64,000 nt of DNA from Eledone cirrhosa (Eukaryota). The stretch is taken from assembly GCA_964016885.1 (NCBI GenBank), contig OZ024740.1:207328001-207392000 (forward strand), read 5' to 3'. Shown here one piece after another: positions 56,001 to 64,000 of the stretch. A model generated the notes under the pieces. The model did not search any database and had not been told where the DNA came from. It saw only the letters and a program-made list of their open reading frames with translations. Numbering within the stretch: the stretch's first letter is position 1; each line of letters opens with the position of its first letter. The position numbers were made by a program, and so were the translations under genes.

Positions 56001-59000
56001 CTACAACTACAACCCCCACTAACACAGCTACCAGACATAGCTCCACCACTACAACTACATCCCCCACTAACACAGCTACCAGACATAGCTCCACCACTAC
56101 AACTACAATCCCCACTAACACAACTACCAGACATAGCTCCCCCACTACAACTACATCCCCCACTAACACAACTACCATACATAGCTCCACCACTACAACT
56201 ACATCCCCCACTAACACAACTACCAGACATAGCTCCACCACTACAACTACATCCCCCACTAACACAGCTACCAGACATAGCTCCACCACTACAACTACAT
56301 CCCCCACTAACACAGCTACCAGACATAGCTCCACCACTACAACTACAACCCCCACTAACACAGCTACCAGACATAGCTCCACCACTACAACTACATCCCC
56401 CACTAACACAGCTACCAGACATAGCTCCACCACTACAACTACATCCCCCACTAACACAGCTACCAGACATAGCTCCACCACTACAACTACAACCCCCACT
56501 AACACAGCTACCAGACATAGCTCCACCACTACAACTACAACCCCCACTAACACAGCTACCAGACATAGCTCCACCACTACAACTACATCCCCCACTAACA
56601 CAGCTACCAGACATAGTTCCACCACTACAACTACAACCCCCACTAACACAGCTACCAGACATAGTTCCACCACTACAACTACAACCCCCACTAACACAGC
56701 TACCAGACATAGTTCCACCACTACAACTACATCCCCCACTAACACAGCTACCAGACATAGCTCCACCACTACAACTACACCCCCCACTAACACAGCTACC
56801 AGACATAGCTCCACCACTACAACTACAACTCCCACTAACACAGCTACCAGACATAGCTCCACCACTACAACTACATCCCCCACTAACACAGCTACCAGAC
56901 ATAGCTCCACCACTACAACTACATCCCCCACTAACACAGCTACCAGACATAGTTCCACCACTACAACTACATCCCCCACTAACACAGCTACCAGACATAG
57001 CTCCACCACTACAACTACAACCCCCACTAACACAGCTACCAGACATAGCTCCACCACTACAACTACAACCCCCACTAACACAGCTACCAGACATAGCTCC
57101 ACCACTACAACTACATCCCCCACTAACACAGCTACCAGACATAGTTCCACCACTACAACTACAACCCCCACTAACACAGCTACCAGACATAGTTCCACCA
57201 CTACAACTACAACCCCCACTAACACAGCTACCAGACATAGTTCCACCACTACAACTACATCCCCCACTAACACAGCTACCAGACATAGCTCCACCACTAC
57301 AACTACATCCCCCACTAACACAGCTACCAGACATAGCTCCACCACTACAACTACAACCCCCACTAACACAGCTACCAGACATAGCTCCACCACTACAACT
57401 ACATCCCCCACTAACACAGCTACCAGACATAGCTCCACCACTACAACTACATCCCCCACTAACACAGCTACCAGACATAGCTCCACCACTACAACTACAT
57501 CCCCCACTAACACAGCTACCAGACATAGCTCCACCACTACAACTACAACCCCCACTAACACAGCTACCAGACATAGCTCCACCACTACAACTACACCCCC
57601 CACTAACACAGCTACCAGACATAGCTCCACCACTACAACTACAACCCCCACTAACACAGCTACCAGACATAGCTCCACCACTACAACTACATCCCCCACT
57701 AACACAGCTACCAGACATAGCTCCACCACTACAACTACATCCCCCACTAACACAGCTACCAGACATAGCTCCACCACTACAACTACATCCCCCACTAACA
57801 CAGCTACCAGACATAGTTCCACCACTACAACTACATCCCCCACTAACACAACTACCAGACATAGCTCCACCACTACAACTACATCCCCCACTAACACAGC
57901 TACCAGACATAGCTCCACCACTACAACTACATCCCTCACTAACACAGCTACCAGACATAGCTCCACCACTACAGCTACATCCCCCACTAACACAACTACC
58001 ATACAGAGCTCCACCACTACAACTACAACCCCCACTAACACAGCTACAAGACATAGCTCCACCACTACAGCTACATCCCCCACTAACACAGCTACCAGAC
58101 ATAGCTCCACCACTACAACTACATCCCCCACTAACACAACTACCATACATAGCTCCACCACTACAACTACAACCCCCACTAACACAGCTACAAGACATAG
58201 CTCCACCACTACAGCTACATCCCCCACTAACACAGCTACCAGACATAGCTCCACCACTACAACTACACCCCCCACTAACACAGCTACCAGACATAGTTCC
58301 ACCACTACAACTACAACCCCCACTAACACAGCTACCAGACATAGTTCCACCACTACAACTACATCCCCCACTAACACAGCTACCAGACATAGTTCCACCA
58401 CTACAACTACAACCCCCACTAACACAGCTACCAGACATAGTTCCACCACTACAACTACAACCCCCACTAACACAGCTACAAGACATAGCTCCACCACTAC
58501 AACTACAACCCCCACTAACACAGCTACAAGACATAGCTCCACCACTACAACTACATCCCCCACTAACACAGCTACCAGACATAGCTCCACCACTACAACT
58601 ACATCCCCCACTAACACAGCTACCAGACATAGCTCCACCACTACAACTACAACCCCCACTAACACAGCTACCAGACATAGCTCCACCACTACAACTACAT
58701 CCCCCACTAACACAGCTACCAGACATAGCTCCACCACTACAACTACATCCCCCACTAACACAGCTACCAGACATAGCTCCACCACTACAACTACATCCCC
58801 CACTAACACAGCTACCAGACATAGCTCCACCACTACAACTACATCCCCCACTAACACAGCTACCAGACATAGCTCCACCACTACAACTACATCCCCCACT
58901 AACACAACTACCATACATAGCTCCACCACTACAACTACATCCCCCACTAACACAGCTACCAGACATAGCTCCACCACTACAACTACATCCCCCACTAACA

Positions 59001-59483
59001 CAACTACCATACATAGCTCCACCACTACAACTACATCCCCCACTAACACAACTACCAGACATAGCTCCACCACTACAACTACATCCCCCACTAACACAGC
59101 TACCAGACATAGCTCCACCACTACAACTACATCCCCCACTAACACAGCTACCAGACATAGCTCCACCACTACAACTACATCCCCCACTAACACAGCTACC
59201 AGACATAGCTCCACCACTACAACTACATCCCCCACTAACACAGCTACCAGACATAGCTCCACCACTACAACTACAACCCCCACTAACACAGCTACCAGAC
59301 ATAGCTCCACCACTACAACTACATCCCCCACTAACATAGCTCCACCCCCACTAACACAGCTACCAGACATAGCTCCACCACTACAACTACAACCCCCACT
59401 AACACAGCTACCAGACATAGCTCCACCACTACAACTACATCCCCCACTAACACAGCTACCAGACATAGCTCCACCACTACAAC
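53076..59483. repeat. 48-bp minisatellite, ~133 copies, highly homogeneous
   Basis: Unit cccactaacacagctaccagacatagctccaccactacaactacatcc. Confidence 0.98.
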
Positions 59484-60219
59484 CGTTACACTATATATAT
59501 AATCTTAAGTGTCAACACGTGCAAATAACCAACCTCTCAACACCACCACCACCAACAACAACAACAACCTCTCAAAACTACCACCACCACCACCATCAAC
59601 CATCACAACACCACTACCATCAACCTCTCAACACTACCACCACCGCCACCACTACCATCAACCTCTCAACACCACAACCATCACAACACCACCATCATTA
59701 CCAACCTCTCACCAACACCACCACCACCACCAACCTCTCGCCAAAACCACCACCACCATTCTCTCAACAACACCACCACCACCACCACCAACCCCTCAAC
59801 ACCATCACCACCAACCTTTCGCCAACAGCCAACACCACCACCAGCCAACCTCTCACCAACACCACCACCACAACTATCACAACACCACCAACCTCTCGCC
59901 AACACCATCACTACCAACGTCTCGTCAACACCACCACTACCAACGACGTCTCGTCAACACCACCACTACCAACGACGTCTCGTCAACACCACCACCACCA
60001 ACCTCTCGCCAGCACCACCACCATTACATTGTGACAGTTATAAAAGACATCGTCACTTAACAACACCAGAATAACAGTTTTTATTGCAATCAACATTAAC
60101 ACCGCCATTTTTATTATTATGCTCGACATAGCGAAGCTACACACATGAGTCATCCCAGAATCCAACACCGTCAGTTTCTTCTACCTCTGTATAACCGGCA
60201 ACAGCCACACTCACTTAAC

Positions 60220-60610
60220 TATCCTAACCTCACACACATCAATCCTAACCTGACACACACACACATACACTCACACACAGCAATCCTAACCTCACACACA
60301 GCAATCCTAACCTCACACATACACTCACACACAACAATCCTAACCTCACACATACATACATACACGCACACACAGCAATCCTAACGTTACACACATACAC
60401 TCACACACAGCAATCCTAACCTCACACACACACATACATACACTCACACACAGCAATCCTAACCTCACACACACAACAATCCTAACCTCACACACACACA
60501 CACAGCAATCCTAACCTTATACACACATATACACTCACACACAGCAATCCTAACCTCACACACACACATACATTCACACACACATAGCAATCCTAACCAC
60601 ACACACACTT
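60220..60610. repeat. Minisatellite (gcaatcctaacct plus CA tract)
   Basis: Direct reading. Confidence 0.88.
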
Positions 60611-60782
60611 AACTATGGCAGCAATCCTACCCCCTCCCCCTCTCTAGCACACGTACACATCACCCCCCCCCCACACACACACAAACATACACACCAATTA
60701 TAACCACACAATATTTTAAAATTTGAATGAAATATTTCATCTTAGGTCAGCTCCATGACCTGAGACTAAACAACAATACTAA

Positions 60783-61375
60783 CGACCCCTTCCCTCTATT
60801 ACCATCACCACAAACACGACCCCTTCCCTCTATTACCATCACCACAAACACGACCCCTTCCCTCTATTACCAACACCACAGATATGACCCCTTCCCTCTA
60901 TTACCATCACCACAAACACGACCCCTTCCCTCTATTACCATCACCACAAACACGACCCCTTCCCTTTATTACCAACACCACAGATATGACCCCTTCCCTC
61001 TATTACCATCACCACAAACACGACCCCTTCCCTCTATTACCATCACCACAAACACGACCCCTTCCCTCTATTACCATCACCACAAACACGACCCCTTCCC
61101 TCTATTACCAACACCACAGATATGACCCCTTCCCTCTATTACCATCACCACAAACACGACCCCTTCCCTTTATTACCAACACCACAGATATGACCCCTTC
61201 CCTCTATTACCATCACCACAAACACGACCCCTTCCCTCTATTACCAACACCACAGACACGACCCCTTCCCTCTATTACCAACACCACAGATATGACCCCT
61301 CCCCTCTATTACTACAACCACAAACACGACCCTCTATTACCACCACCACAGATATGACCCCTCACCTCTACCACA
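60783..61375. repeat. 34-bp minisatellite, ~17 copies
   Basis: Unit cgaccccttccctctattaccatcaccacaaaca. Confidence 0.95.
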
Positions 61376-61411
61376 ACCACTACACCAACTTTTCAATAAC
61401 CATCGGCAACA

Positions 61412-61530
61412 ATAATTGTTTCTACATTTGGCACAAGGCCAGCAATTACCCCAGTACATTACTGGTACTTTATTTTATCGACCCCGTAAGGATGAAAGGC
61501 AAAGTTAACCTCGGCTATATTTGAACTCAA
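61412..61530 (-). mobile_element. SINE family 1
   Basis: Reverse complement of body. Confidence 0.88.
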
Positions 61531-61569
61531 AATGGATATAGTCGGCAACAATAATGATAGTATTCGCAT

Positions 61570-61639
<70 letters not shown>

Positions 61640-61994
61640 AAGAGAGAGAGGAAGAGAGAGAGAGAGAGAAGCTTTTTTCTAAGTCGGGGATGCACGAGGC
61701 GGTGGGGTGGTTTCACACACACACACACGCGCGTCTTTTGCTCCAGGCAATGAATAAAGGTGTCATAACTAACTTTCAAAGCATATTACGTTATCTTGAT
61801 AACATAAACACAATTTATGAACGTAACAGAGATTTCTGGGAAATGTTCAACGCTTGAAGGTTGTTGAGAATTGAATCACGGGAGGGAAGGGAAACCTTCA
61901 GCATTGAATGGTGCTTGGAAAATACATGGCCGAGCTGTATATCCGTGACATTTTACAGTCTACAGTAAGATATTGAAACACTGCAAACAATGTG

Positions 61995-62488
61995 CTCTCG
62001 GGTCTTGAATAACGCCCCCACCCACCCACTTATTCATTTTTCAGATTTTCTCCACCCACCCCATCCTCCGCTTATTAAATTTTGCTAATCTATCTCCGCC
62101 GTAATTTTATTTTAAGTGGTAGCATTCCTGCGACAATTACCTTTCTTTACACATTAAAAAGCATTATACATAACAAAAAAAGTACATTACTCAAAATCCC
62201 ATACGTTATAAAATAAATACGATGGGTTGAGGTCGCAATATGTAAACTAAACGACAAATTCGGGTTTTAAAAAAAAAATCAACGGAAACAACCTAGAAAA
62301 ATTACCGATTTTCCACCACTGCTTATTCTAAAATAAATACGATGGGTTGAGGTCGCAATATGTAAACTAAACGACTAATTCTGGTTTAAAAAAAAAAAAA
62401 AAATCAACGGAAACAACCTAGAAAAATTACCGATTTTCCACCACTGTTTATTCTAGCCCCCCCCCCCCCATTATTTGGGACCCGAGAG
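61995..62488. mobile_element. Tc1/mariner-like MITE with an internal ~120-bp duplication
   Basis: TIR ctctcgggtcttgaataa...ttatttgggacccgagag, TA on the right flank (TG on the left). Confidence 0.6.
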
Positions 62489-63158
62489 TAGAGTTTAAAG
62501 AATCCGGAGAGGATAATGTGGTTAGGCGGCTAGTGTCTCACAGAGGTTTATCTAAAGAGGATCTGTTGATGCTATTAGAAGAGCAAACCGAGAACACAGT
62601 TAACAGTACAGAAATATCACCAACTCTCCTTAAATTGGCTGCAATGAATATTTCTAAAGGGATGCAGTTTTTACCGATAACGGTCCCAATCGTAAAACTA
62701 ACATAAAAATTACATGAGGGGTTTACATTGAGCTGTACAAAGAGATGATACGTCATAAAATTCAAACAACTTTGGCAAAGTTATTCACACCCAAGCAGAT
62801 GTTGATGATAGAAGAGTGTCCCTCATCCACCCAGTAGCTCACTCTAACTCCCCTTATACAGTAATCAACAACTTTTTTTAGTAAGGACGCACCTTATTGC
62901 GATTCTTATTTCTCTTCAAATATGTTTATGTATACATTGTACAGTGTGTGTTTAAAGATTATTTACATGGCATTAAAAGTGGTTTTATTACTTGTTTCGT
63001 AAGGTGAGACACTCATCTATTTCAATTACTTCACTTCTATGTTGGTTCACTTCACAGGTTAGTTGACAGAGTGAGGTAAAGTTGAGAGGGGCAGAGGTAG
63101 TCTAAAAGAAAAAGGTACATCTAGTTGAGGAGAGAAAAAAATGGATAGTTCGTGTGTT

Positions 63159-64000
63159 GTAATTGGCATCTGTACACTGTAGCTGTAACTGGCATCTGTA
63201 CACTGTAGCTGTAACTGGCATCTGTACACTGTAGCTGTAACTGGCATCTGTACACTGTAGCTGTAACTGGCATCTGTACACTGTAGCTGTAACTGGCATC
63301 TGTACACTGTAGCTGTAACTGGCATCTGTACACTGTAGCTGTAACTGGCATCTGTACACTGTAGCTGTAACTGGCATCTGTACACTGTAGCTGTAACTGG
63401 CATCTGTACACTGTAGCTGTAACTGGCATCTGTACACTGTAGCTGTAACTGGCATCTGTACACTGTAGCTGTAACTGGCATCTGTACACTGTAGCTGTAA
63501 CTGGCATCTGTACACTGTAGCTGTAACTGGCATCTGTACACTGTAGCTGTAACTGGCATCTGTACACTGTAGCTGTAACTGGCATCTGTACACTGTAGCT
63601 GTAACTGGCATCTGTACACTGTAGCTGTAACTGGCATCTGTACACTGTAGCTGTAACTGGCATCTGTACACTGTAGCTGTAACTGGCATCTGTACACTGT
63701 AGCTGTAACTGGCATCTGTACACTGTAGCTGTAACTGGCATCTGTACACTGTAGCTGTAACTGGCATCTGTACACTGTAGCTGTAACTGGCATCTGTACA
63801 CTGTAGCTGTAACTGGCATCTGTACACTGTAGCTGTAACTGGCATCTGTACACTGTAGTTGTAATTGGCATCTGTACACTGTAGCTGTAACTGGCATCTG
63901 TACACTGTAGCTGTAACTGGCATCTGTACACTGTAGTTGTAATTGGCATCTGTACACTGTAGCTGTAACTGGCATCTGTACACTGTAGTTGTAACTGGCA
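63159..64000. repeat. 26-bp minisatellite running off the window end
   Basis: Unit gtaactggcatctgtacactgtagct (agct at 63181, 63207). Confidence 0.98.

Noticed and set aside
52976-59466. 2100-aa Cys/Gly-rich keratin-associated or metallothionein-like protein
   Set aside because: It is a pure 48-bp repeat translation with no signal peptide or unique domain and no frame-specific synonymous bias. Kept only as a low-interest finding.
52372-60610. CCCTAA/CCTAA motifs suggesting interstitial telomere
   Set aside because: Single motifs inside longer minisatellite units, never tandem.
62518-62830. Possible piggyBac transposase remnant
   Set aside because: Resemblance too weak and broken to support a call.
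63059-63983. ~290-aa ORFs
   Set aside because: 26-bp tandem repeat.

Overview
AT-rich, repeat-dominated eukaryotic DNA. The SINE content resembles octopus/cephalopod, which is an inference. No credible host protein-coding exon was found: the long ORFs in the track are read-throughs of micro- and minisatellites. The window holds two tRNA-derived SINE families, RTE and CR1/L2 LINE remnants, Helitron, piggyBac, hAT and Tc1-type MITEs, and about ten minisatellites, including a 6.4-kb 48-bp array. The main signal is more than 20 type I hammerhead ribozyme (HHR) motifs from at least ten sequence-distinct families, most with a palindromic helix III. They sit in short elements inserted at (TA)n tracts, arranged as inverted (palindromic) or partial-tandem copies, which is the architecture of Penelope-like elements (PLEs) and retrozymes. 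Two elements look like full non-coding monomers of 483 and 521 nt. One uninterrupted GIY-YIG endonuclease C-terminal frame, missed by the ORF track, points to the likely mobilising family. Several families share a 3'-terminal ACTC...GAGT hairpin. A textbook recursive-splicing motif on the minus strand (16625-16663) suggests the region lies inside a very large intron. All calls were made by eye and many boundaries are approximate.
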